Origin: Sutterella sp.
GTDB lineage: Bacteria; Pseudomonadota; Gammaproteobacteria; Burkholderiales; Burkholderiaceae_F
Assembly (NCBI GenBank): GCA_019418235.1
Contig: DYCH01000077.1
Location: 46,099 to 105,616 of the forward strand
Length of the DNA stretch: 59,518 bases
Reading direction: 5' to 3'
The position numbers and the translations under genes were made by a program. The notes under the pieces are model-generated. The model searched no databases. It had not been told where the DNA came from and saw nothing but the letters and a program-made list of their open reading frames with translations. Shown piece by piece: positions 17,592 to 25,185 of the stretch; the stretch's first letter is position 1, and each line of letters begins with the position of its first letter.

Positions 17592-19271
17592 CTAGAACAC
17601 GTACGACCACATGGCTAGCAAAATCAATTGACCCGTAATGATGCGCAAGAACATGGCTAACGGATAAACCGTCGAATAGGCCACGGGCGCGGCATTCTTT
17701 TCAGACAAGGTGGAGGCGTACGCCAAGATGGGAGAGTTCGTGCCTAAGCCAATCAAGAGACCCACGATGCTGTGGTAATTCAGTTTGCAGAAGACGCGAG
17801 CGATAATCCCCACCACCAATTGCGGCACGATCGTAATACAGCACCCGATCAACGCAAAAAGAAGACCGTTACCCGTAATCAAAGCGTTCACAAACGTATC
17901 GCCTGCCGACAACCCGACACTTGCCAAGAAAAGAGAAATCCCAATTTCTCGACTCATTAAGTTCGAGGACGGCGTCATGTAGGTGGAAAGGTGCAAAGAC
18001 GCCCCATAGCGACCCAACAAAATGGCAATGATCAAGGGGCCACCGGCCATCCCTAATTTAATCGGTGTGGGCATGCCCGGAATGGCTAACGGCAAGGAAC
18101 CAAAAATAATCCCCAAGGTCATCCCCATAAAGATGGCGGCAATATTGGGTTGATCCAAGTGCTTGGCTTGATTGCCTAAACGACCTTCGAGGCGTTTCAC
18201 GGCGTTCTCTGGCCCCACACACTGCAGCACGTCACCCACTTGAATGTGCAAGTTCGGATGCGGGAAAAGTTCAGTACCGGCACGGAACACACGCGTAATG
18301 TTGACGCCATCGGTGGCAGCCAACGACAAACTGTCAATCGTTCTGCCGCTCAAAGATGACAAGGACACCAAGAATTTGGCACGAACCAACGGTGTATGCG
18401 CCGTTTCCAAATTGATGCGTTCATCTTCTTTACCGAAAGCAGCAATGATGTCGCGCTTATGTTCCGGCGTTGAAACCACACGAATCGTATCGCCAACATG
18501 CAAAACGGTCTCCGGCAGCGGACTGATGATTTCGCCCGCATGCATCACACGCGAACAAATGAAGGGACGCGGAATACGTTGGTGCGATTGCGTGATCGTC
18601 ACACCATCCAACAAGTGATTCGTGATGTAGATGTGAAAAGACACCGGCGCTTGACTGATCTCACGCTCTTCAACATCCCAATGACGGTCTTCTTCAGCCA
18701 TGTCGATTTTGAAGATCCAACGCAAGAAAATCGACACGCCGATAATCGCTGTCAAGCCTAAGGGATAAGCACAAGCGTAGGCGGCTGCAATGTCATTGCC
18801 TTGATAGTTCAATTGATTTAAGGCTTCTTGCGTGGCACCAAGACCGGGCGTATTGGTGATAGCGCCGTAGTGGATACCTAAAATCTCAGGTAATGAAACC
18901 GTGTCAGAGAATAAAAAGAACGCACTGATGGTAATGATGATACTGAGCGCCCAACCGAAAACCATGAGGGAATTGAGCACCACCCCTACACTCTTAAACG
19001 ACGAGAAAAAGGAAGGACCGACTTGCAACCCAATAAAGAAAATAAAGATGATGAGGCCAAAATCTTTGGCAAAGGCCAACACGTCCATGTTGACGCGAAC
19101 ACCAAAATAGCTAAAAGCCAACCCCACGAACAAAACAACGATGGAGCCCAAAGAAATGCCAAAGAATTTGATGCGCCCAATCCCCAAACCAATTGAGATG
19201 ATGGCCATGTAAACGAGGACAATATGGGCAATGGAATTAGGGTCTGTTAGAAGAGTATTGAGCCACTGCAT
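17592..19271 (-). CDS. AspT/YidE/YbjL-family transporter with two TrkA-C domains
   Basis: GLQVGPSFF, GAITNTPGLGA, KLGMAGGPL and YSTVYPLAMFLRI motifs; start set at the ATG of MQWL. Confidence 0.88.
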   Translation of the reverse strand: MQWLNTLLTDPNSIAHIVLVYMAIISIGLGIGRIKFFGISLGSIVVLFVGLAFSYFGVRVNMDVLAFAKDFGLIIFIFFIGLQVGPSFFSSFKSVGVVLNSLMVFGWALSIIITISAFFLFSDTVSLPEILGIHYGAITNTPGLGATQEALNQLNYQGNDIAAAYACAYPLGLTAIIGVSIFLRWIFKIDMAEEDRHWDVEEREISQAPVSFHIYITNHLLDGVTITQSHQRIPRPFICSRVMHAGEIISPLPETVLHVGDTIRVVSTPEHKRDIIAAFGKEDERINLETAHTPLVRAKFLVSLSSLSGRTIDSLSLAATDGVNITRVFRAGTELFPHPNLHIQVGDVLQCVGPENAVKRLEGRLGNQAKHLDQPNIAAIFMGMTLGIIFGSLPLAIPGMPTPIKLGMAGGPLIIAILLGRYGASLHLSTYMTPSSNLMSREIGISLFLASVGLSAGDTFVNALITGNGLLFALIGCCITIVPQLVVGIIARVFCKLNYHSIVGLLIGLGTNSPILAYASTLSEKNAAPVAYSTVYPLAMFLRIITGQLILLAMWSYVF

Positions 19272-19431
19272 AGCGGTCACCGAAAAACCAGAACAACAAC
19301 AGATTAAGTGTAGACCCAAGCCACTCAAAAAAATCAAAACTAAGCATAAACCATTAGTCTTTTGAGACCATTGACATCACTTCGAAATTAACAGTTGTGG
19401 CGATTGCCAAAAAAATAGTTGACTACAAAAG

Positions 19432-19466
19432 AAAAAGGCTTGAGGACGACTCTCAATCCCCAAGCC
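19432..19466 (-). terminator. terminator after metQ
   Basis: Minus-strand GGCTTGGGGA/TCCTCAAGCC stem plus TTTTT. Confidence 0.7.
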
Positions 19467-19483
19467 CGTTCTCAATTTAATAT

Positions 19484-20350
19484 CTATTTACCTAGATTAT
19501 ATTTTTCGGCACCTTCCCAAGCAGCTTCATAGGCGCCCTTGTAAGCCTTCAAAATTGTCTTTGCGGTCTCGGGCGAATTGTAGGCCTTCACCACCTTTTG
19601 ATAGACCTCGTTGTCTTTGTCTTTCGTGCGAGCCACAATGACGTTGACAAGTTGTCCCACATTGGGATTGGTCTTCGGATTAATGTCTTCCGAATAGATA
19701 GCATCCTTCATGGGATCTAACCCGGCCGTCAACGCATTACCACCGTTAATCAACGCCGCCGTGAAGTCAGGCAAAAGGCGTGCCAAAATGCCGGACTCGG
19801 CTTCACGAATCTTGATCTTGACCTTGTATTCCGTGATGTCTAACTTCGTAGGAACGTAGCCCTTAGAAGGATCAACCTTAACAAGACCGGCCTTTTCCAA
19901 AAGCTTAATGGCGCGACCACCATTGGTTAAGTCAGACGGAATGGCAATCACGGCACCATCTTTAATGTCGGCAAGCGACTTGATTTTGTCCTTATTGTTA
20001 TAGATACGAAGCGGCGTAATAATCGTGTCGCCAATCGCAACGATCTTGTAACCGTTACGAGCGATATCATTGGCCAAAAACGCTTTGTGTTGGAAGGCAT
20101 TTAAATCCAAGTCGCCATCGGCTAAAGCACGATTGGGCGTTGCGTAGTCGCTAAACTTCACAAGCTTGACCCGGATATTGTCTTTGGCCAACAATTCGTT
20201 CACGGTTTCCCACTGATCGTTATAGTCACCGACCACACCGACTTTAACCACTTTAACATCAGCCGCTGCAGCTTGACCGACCAAACTTAAGGAAAGACCC
20301 ACCGTCACAAACGTAGCGGCAATGCTCTTAATAAAGGTACGTTTATTCAT
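19484..20350 (-). CDS. metQ: methionine ABC transporter substrate-binding protein (MetQ/NlpA family)
   Basis: FSDYATPNRALADGDLDLNAFQH and IPSDLTNGGRA motifs; signal peptide without a lipobox Cys. Confidence 0.9.
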   Translation of the reverse strand: MNKRTFIKSIAATFVTVGLSLSLVGQAAAADVKVVKVGVVGDYNDQWETVNELLAKDNIRVKLVKFSDYATPNRALADGDLDLNAFQHKAFLANDIARNGYKIVAIGDTIITPLRIYNNKDKIKSLADIKDGAVIAIPSDLTNGGRAIKLLEKAGLVKVDPSKGYVPTKLDITEYKVKIKIREAESGILARLLPDFTAALINGGNALTAGLDPMKDAIYSEDINPKTNPNVGQLVNVIVARTKDKDNEVYQKVVKAYNSPETAKTILKAYKGAYEAAWEGAEKYNLGK

Positions 20351-20378
20351 AATCAATACTCCTTGACGTTTTATGAAA

Positions 20379-21059
20379 TTAGTGTTGGTTTTTGCGAATC
20401 ACCCATTGGCCTACGAATTGGAAGGCACTGATGATGGCAAGAATGATGAGAACGGTTAACCAAATCATGTCGCGATAGCCCATTTGGTAGCCGTAGCGAA
20501 TAGCGAAGTCCCCGATACCACCGGCGCCGATTGCTCCGGCAATCGCCGTAATACCGATGAAGGACACAAAGGTAATCATCGTGACGCGAGTGATGCCTGC
20601 AATGCTTTCTTTGAGGTACACACCGAAGATAATTTGCAAGGGTGAAAAGCCCATGGCAAGACTGGCTTCAATGAGGCCATATTCCAAGTCCGATAAGACC
20701 GATTCCACTTGTCGGGCAAAAAAGGGCACCGTGCCAAAAACCAAAGCCACAAAGGAGCCCGTCACCCCCGATCCTGTCCCAACGAGGAAGCGAGAAAGCG
20801 GAATCAAAAGCACAATCAAAATAATGAAAGGAATGGAGCGGATAATGTCGATCGAGCGATCAAAAAACGTAAACACCCAACGATTTTCGCAAATGGCGCC
20901 CGGTCGCGTGACGACCAACAAAACACCGATCGCAATCCCAATGATCCAAGCCAAAGTACCCGACACTGCCACCATCGTGAAGGTTTGACCCAAACACTCC
21001 CAAAGTTCCGGTGCCAAACGTTCTAAATTCGGAAATAACGTATAAAGAAACGAAGTCAT
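20379..21059 (-). CDS. metI: methionine ABC transporter permease
   Basis: RSIPFIIL, PFFARQVE and GAGGIGDFAIRYGYQ motifs. Confidence 0.92.
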   Translation of the reverse strand: MTSFLYTLFPNLERLAPELWECLGQTFTMVAVSGTLAWIIGIAIGVLLVVTRPGAICENRWVFTFFDRSIDIIRSIPFIILIVLLIPLSRFLVGTGSGVTGSFVALVFGTVPFFARQVESVLSDLEYGLIEASLAMGFSPLQIIFGVYLKESIAGITRVTMITFVSFIGITAIAGAIGAGGIGDFAIRYGYQMGYRDMIWLTVLIILAIISAFQFVGQWVIRKNQH

Positions 21060-22084
21060 TTCAAAACCTCCACACCCACACCACTTGCTAAGAGAAATTG
21101 ACGGGCACTTTCAATGTTGTCCAATGAACCCTTAATACCAACGCCCAATTTGCCGAGCGTCTCACCTTTTAAGAAATCGATGTTACCGTAGACAATGTTG
21201 GATTCGACTTCAAAGCGTTTATAAAGCTCTGTCATGAGTGATTCGCCTGCTACTCGACCACGGTAAGTTAAAAGCCAAACCGTACTGTCTTCTTCAAGTC
21301 CCGGAATCGCCCCGGGCGTCTCTAACAGCTCAAAAAACGTCCCCATGTTGCTCGCCGTTTCGATAAAACTTTTCGTAATCGGTGCTTGAGGGTGACTAAA
21401 GACATCCATGACCGCCCCTTCTTCAACGACTTCACCGGTTTGCATCACGGCCACGCGATCGCAAATTTCTTTAATCACGGCCATTTGGTGCGTGATGATG
21501 ACAAGCGTCAGACCCAACTTGCGATTGACTTCCTTCAATAACCCCAAAATGGATTGTGTCGTTTGCGGATCCAATGCGCTTGTCGCTTCATCGCACAAAA
21601 GCACCTTCGGGTCATTGGCAAGCGCTCGGGCAATAGCCACGCGTTGCTTTTGACCTCCGGAGAGTTGTGACGGATATACATCGCGTTTGTCAGACAAACC
21701 CACTAACTGCAACAAGTTAAGGACTTTTTGAGCGCGTTCTTGTGCGTTAAGCGACGTGAGTTTTAAAGGAAGTTCGATGTTTTCAAACACCGTTCGGGAA
21801 GGCATGAGATTGAAGTGTTGAAAGATCATTCCGATCTGTTGACGTACTTGGCGTAGGGCCTGAGCGGGAAGTTTCGTGAGTTCAGTACCATCCAAAATCA
21901 CTTCGCCTGATGTCGGTCTTTCCAGCAAATTAATGCATCGCACAAGCGTGGATTTACCGGCGCCGGAAAAACCGATAATGCCGTAGATTTCGCCTTTTCG
22001 AATGTGCAAAGAAACATCATTGACGGCTCGCACACACTGATGCTCGACATCAAATTCTTTAACGATATGTTCTAACTTAATCAT
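21056..22084 (-). CDS. metN: methionine ABC transporter ATP-binding protein
   Basis: GFSGAGKSTLVRCINLLE, LLCDEATSALDP and a C-terminal NIL domain. Confidence 0.93.
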   Translation of the reverse strand: MIKLEHIVKEFDVEHQCVRAVNDVSLHIRKGEIYGIIGFSGAGKSTLVRCINLLERPTSGEVILDGTELTKLPAQALRQVRQQIGMIFQHFNLMPSRTVFENIELPLKLTSLNAQERAQKVLNLLQLVGLSDKRDVYPSQLSGGQKQRVAIARALANDPKVLLCDEATSALDPQTTQSILGLLKEVNRKLGLTLVIITHQMAVIKEICDRVAVMQTGEVVEEGAVMDVFSHPQAPITKSFIETASNMGTFFELLETPGAIPGLEEDSTVWLLTYRGRVAGESLMTELYKRFEVESNIVYGNIDFLKGETLGKLGVGIKGSLDNIESARQFLLASGVGVEVLK

Positions 22085-22211
22085 GATGATTGCATCCCTT
22101 TCTCTGCCGATCCGTTAACCCATTTTGAGTGTATTTCCAGATCTCGAATGCAATGGCACCATGCCGGCATTCTCTGCAGTTAAAAATCGATGAATTGTTT
22201 ATTGGGGAGAT

Positions 22212-22253
22212 AAAAAAATCATCACTTGATTAGGACCTTCCAAGTGATGATTT
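22212..22253 (-). terminator. leader (attenuator) terminator upstream of metN
   Basis: 13-bp stem AAATCATCACTTG/CAAGTGATGATTT, 12-nt loop, U7 run, ~125 nt before the metN start. Confidence 0.85.
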
Positions 22254-22281
22254 CTGGCGGAGCAAGGGTGCTCCGAAGGTC

Positions 22282-22383
22282 TTAGAGCACCATCATCATG
22301 TGACACATTCGCATTTCCATAGCAAAAGCCGTCGCGCTTAAATGAAGCGACGTTTTTTGCGAAATGGTGAATGCGTTTTGCAT
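22282..22383 (-). CDS. putative Met-rich leader peptide MQNAFTISQKTSLHLSATAFAMEMRMCHMMMVL
   Basis: AAAGGG 9 nt before ATG 22383; 6 Met and 1 Cys in the last 12 codons; stop 28 nt before the terminator. Confidence 0.7.
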   Translation of the reverse strand: MQNAFTISQKTSLHLSATAFAMEMRMCHMMMVL

Positions 22384-22612
22384 CAATGACAACCCTTTGT
22401 CTAAGAAAGAAAATGCAGACCTCTCAATGAGGCGTGTTTTTAGATTATCAAATTTTTTCGCTTTGAAAAGCGCCAAGTTTAAGAATCATAGGTGATATTG
22501 CTTAAGTCAATAATTTATCTGTTAATGATATTTCCAAAAAGTTAAAGGAATTTACAGTGCTTTTATTGATAGTTACGCGCTTTTAAAGAATGAACAAAGC
22601 AACAAAGAAGTT

Positions 22613-22641
22613 AAAAAAGAGGTCCTTCAACTAAGAACCTC
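22613..22641 (-). terminator. terminator after the GNAT gene
   Basis: Minus-strand GAGGTTCTT/AAGGACCTC stem plus TTTTTT. Confidence 0.65.
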
Positions 22642-22660
22642 CTCCTAGACTCTCATTCAA

Positions 22661-23167
22661 TTATTTTGTTAAATTGCTGTACTTGCAATGACACTCCCAC
22701 GTTTCGTGAAACATTTCCCTTGTGGTGTCCCATTCGTTATAAAATTCACTTTCTGTCTTACAAAAACCAAACTTTGAATAGAGATGTCGAGCTGGTTTCA
22801 AAATATCAAGAGTACCTAAAATAATATGCGAATACCCCTTTTCTTTACAAAACGCCATTGCAATTTCTAATAATTTTGAACCTAATCCCTGTCCCTGAAA
22901 ATCCGCATCAACCCCAAACCAACGCAATTGTGCTTGATCATTACCTCTCCTGATAATAGCGATATCCCCCACAATATTTCCTTTGCATTCTGCTATCCAC
23001 ATTTGACTACCTTCCAAATCATTGTAAAGTTCAGCCATTCCAGACAACATCTCTTTTTCATAGAAGCCATTAAAACCATACATTTTCTTGTACAGTTGAT
23101 ATTGAAAGTAGCAAACCTTACTGGGATCACCAGGTTCATAAGTACGAATTACAACATTGTTTTCCAT
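22661..23167 (-). CDS. GNAT-family N-acetyltransferase
   Basis: QLRWFGVDADFQGQGLGSKLL acetyl-CoA motif A and ARHLYSKFGF motif B. Confidence 0.9.
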   Translation of the reverse strand: MENNVVIRTYEPGDPSKVCYFQYQLYKKMYGFNGFYEKEMLSGMAELYNDLEGSQMWIAECKGNIVGDIAIIRRGNDQAQLRWFGVDADFQGQGLGSKLLEIAMAFCKEKGYSHIILGTLDILKPARHLYSKFGFCKTESEFYNEWDTTREMFHETWECHCKYSNLTK

Positions 23168-23616
23168 GATAACTTCTCTCCCTTGTCATTGTCTCGCAAA
23201 GTCTCTTCAATAAACGACATTGCCTCACAAAGTTTTTCGAACGTCTCTTGATCAAGATATTTGAGTTTATCTTGAATCTGTTGTGTACCATGCATGTCAA
23301 TTTTCAAAGCTTCGTTTTCTCCCCTTGTTGTCAAAACAATCGTTTTCAGCCCCTTACTTCCAACAACGAGTCTCCTCGTTAAGAAACCATCTTTCTCAAA
23401 TTTTCGAATAATCCGACTCACGTACCCCTTATCCATCTTCAGATGCTCGCATAGATCCGTTGCCGTAATATTGGGACAAAGATAAACCTCAAACAGTACT
23501 CTTGACTCAGGCCACGCTAACTCTGTCCCTAAATAGTCTTTGTTCATTACCTCTAACCAAACAGTGTAGTAGCGATTAAAAGAACGTATCTTTTTGATTA
23601 GACAATCTCTCATCAT
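23149..23616 (-). CDS. MarR-family transcriptional regulator
   Basis: IRSFNRYYT and MDKGYVSRII winged-helix motif; overlaps the GNAT start. Confidence 0.88.
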   Translation of the reverse strand: MMRDCLIKKIRSFNRYYTVWLEVMNKDYLGTELAWPESRVLFEVYLCPNITATDLCEHLKMDKGYVSRIIRKFEKDGFLTRRLVVGSKGLKTIVLTTRGENEALKIDMHGTQQIQDKLKYLDQETFEKLCEAMSFIEETLRDNDKGEKLSWKTML

Positions 23617-23643
23617 TTCCTCTCTAACGTACTGTTAGAAAAC

Positions 23644-23677
23644 AGTTTATTTTAAAGAGTTGACATTGTCAACTCTT
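23644..23677 (-). promoter_or_regulatory. marR promoter (TTGACA-N17-TAAACT) with an overlapping perfect palindromic operator
   Basis: AAGAGTTGACA-T-TGTCAACTCTT at 23655-23677 covers the -35 box (23667-23672); -10 at 23644-23649. Confidence 0.75.
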
Positions 23678-23716
23678 AAGCATTTTCTTGTCTCTATATC
23701 GTAAGCATAAAAATGA

Positions 23717-23745
23717 TCCTCAATTCTTTGACCAAGAATTGAGGA
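23717..23745 (-). terminator. terminator after dsbI copy 2
   Basis: TCCTCAATTCTT/AAGAATTGAGGA 12-bp stem, then TCATTTTT on the minus strand. Confidence 0.65.
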
Positions 23746-23786
23746 CCACATCAAACTAAAAACCTCTTTCCAGACTCTCATCCAAT

Positions 23787-24455
23787 TTATTTTGTCAAAT
23801 AGTCGCGTCGCACCCAAGCCCACAACAGTGCAATCAGCAAAATGGCGTAGCACACACAAGCCAACATGCAACACTCAGCCATGTCCATGAACTTCCATTG
23901 CGGAATCAAGTACCAACCATCCGTGGATTGATAAAGTTCAATGAACCAGCGTTGAAGGTCGGATAATTCCACGCCGGGTGCTACGACTGGTGCATCGTAA
24001 CCACAGTCCCCCGTGGGCTTAAACCAATCCGGTGCCCACTTGTCTAACGGAAGACCAAAGTGGTATTTCGCATCCGTTGAGCAGCCTTGAAGACCGAACA
24101 TTGCCATCGGGTCATCCGAGTGCACTGCATCGTGAATCTTGATCAATTTCCACGAGCAAAGCATCGTGTAAATCAAACCATAGAGGAAGATACCCACGCC
24201 GGCAATCTTGCCCCAAATCCATTGCGGTTTAATCGCCACAATGAATGCACCCAAGGCCATCACTAAATTGCCGTAACGGATATAGACGCATTGCTCACAA
24301 GGCAGCATGTGCATCCAGTCTTGGAACACGTAGTGGGCAATCAACACCAAAAGAACAGAGGTAATCGCAAAGAGTAACCACGGCTCTCGCGTGTCTTGCC
24401 ACCGAGCCAATGTGTTCATCGGCTCGGTTTTGAAATCTTTAAAAAAGCCTTTCAT
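23787..24455 (-). CDS. dsbI: DsbI, copy 2
   Basis: Protein identical to copy 1 except two C-terminal residues (RRDYL vs KRDFL). Confidence 0.9.
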   Translation of the reverse strand: MKGFFKDFKTEPMNTLARWQDTREPWLLFAITSVLLVLIAHYVFQDWMHMLPCEQCVYIRYGNLVMALGAFIVAIKPQWIWGKIAGVGIFLYGLIYTMLCSWKLIKIHDAVHSDDPMAMFGLQGCSTDAKYHFGLPLDKWAPDWFKPTGDCGYDAPVVAPGVELSDLQRWFIELYQSTDGWYLIPQWKFMDMAECCMLACVCYAILLIALLWAWVRRDYLTK

Positions 24456-24752
24456 TCGAGCCTCGGATTACTTCTTGGAAAGTTCACGCACGTTCTCGAC
24501 CATGCTATCAATCGAGCGAATCGCAGCGGTCTTTAAAAGGTACTTGCCGTTCACAACAAAAGCGGGAACCCCTTGGATCTTGGCAACATCATAGGTGCTG
24601 TCCTTCCAAGCCTTAACCAAAGCTTGCACCTTCGGGTCTTGCTTCTTAGCATCAAAATCAGCTCGGCTCATGCCTGCGGCGTCAAGAGCGGTCTTGATGA
24701 AAGCATCGGCACCGGCATCCCAACGTTCTTTTTGATCGTGGTAGGCCTTATA
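24127..24752 (-). repeat. ~626-bp identical inverted repeat, right copy
   Basis: Reverse complement of 4764-5389. Confidence 0.88.
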
Positions 24753-25115
24753 GAGAGCAAACTTTGCTTTTTTGTGCATAGAACCTTCTGCGACCGGATC
24801 GCGACCAGCGGCTTCGTCTTCAACCCAAAGGGTGGCTAAGACTTCATCGCCTTCGTTACCGTACTTGCCCTTGGTGTGGAGGTGATAGTCCAAGAACTTG
24901 AGTTCTTTATCAAGTTTTTGTTTGATCACAGGCACAACACCCTTGTCATAGCGATAGCAGAAGGGGCAGTCGTAGGAGTAGACCTTGATAAACGTGCCTT
25001 GAGCGTTAGGGATAGGCTTATCGAGCACGATATAGTCGGTGCCTTCAACGGGAGCAGCGAAAGCCATGGCAGAGCACGTTAAAGCAGCGGCCGTTACTAA
25101 GAATTTCTTAAACAT
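24468..25115 (-). CDS. dsbL: DsbL, copy 2
   Basis: CPFC motif; start at 25115 by alignment with copy 1; two amino-acid differences seen. Confidence 0.9.
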   Translation of the reverse strand: MFKKFLVTAAALTCSAMAFAAPVEGTDYIVLDKPIPNAQGTFIKVYSYDCPFCYRYDKGVVPVIKQKLDKELKFLDYHLHTKGKYGNEGDEVLATLWVEDEAAGRDPVAEGSMHKKAKFALYKAYHDQKERWDAGADAFIKTALDAAGMSRADFDAKKQDPKVQALVKAWKDSTYDVAKIQGVPAFVVNGKYLLKTAAIRSIDSMVENVRELSKK

Positions 25116-25185
25116 GGTTTTTATATCCTTATCGTTTAGTGAGGGCGATTGAATTGAATCAATCCCCCTCACCTCTCTCATGTTG

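Noticed and set aside
22384..22476. 64-aa version of the leader ORF starting at TTG 22476
   Set aside because: No SD at that start; ATG 22383 has an SD-like AAAGGG at suitable spacing.
22085..22500. SAM-I, SAM-II, SAH or T-box riboswitch, or MetJ boxes, upstream of metN
   Set aside because: Could not find their conserved cores by eye; the leader-peptide model explains the terminator better. An Rfam scan is still needed.
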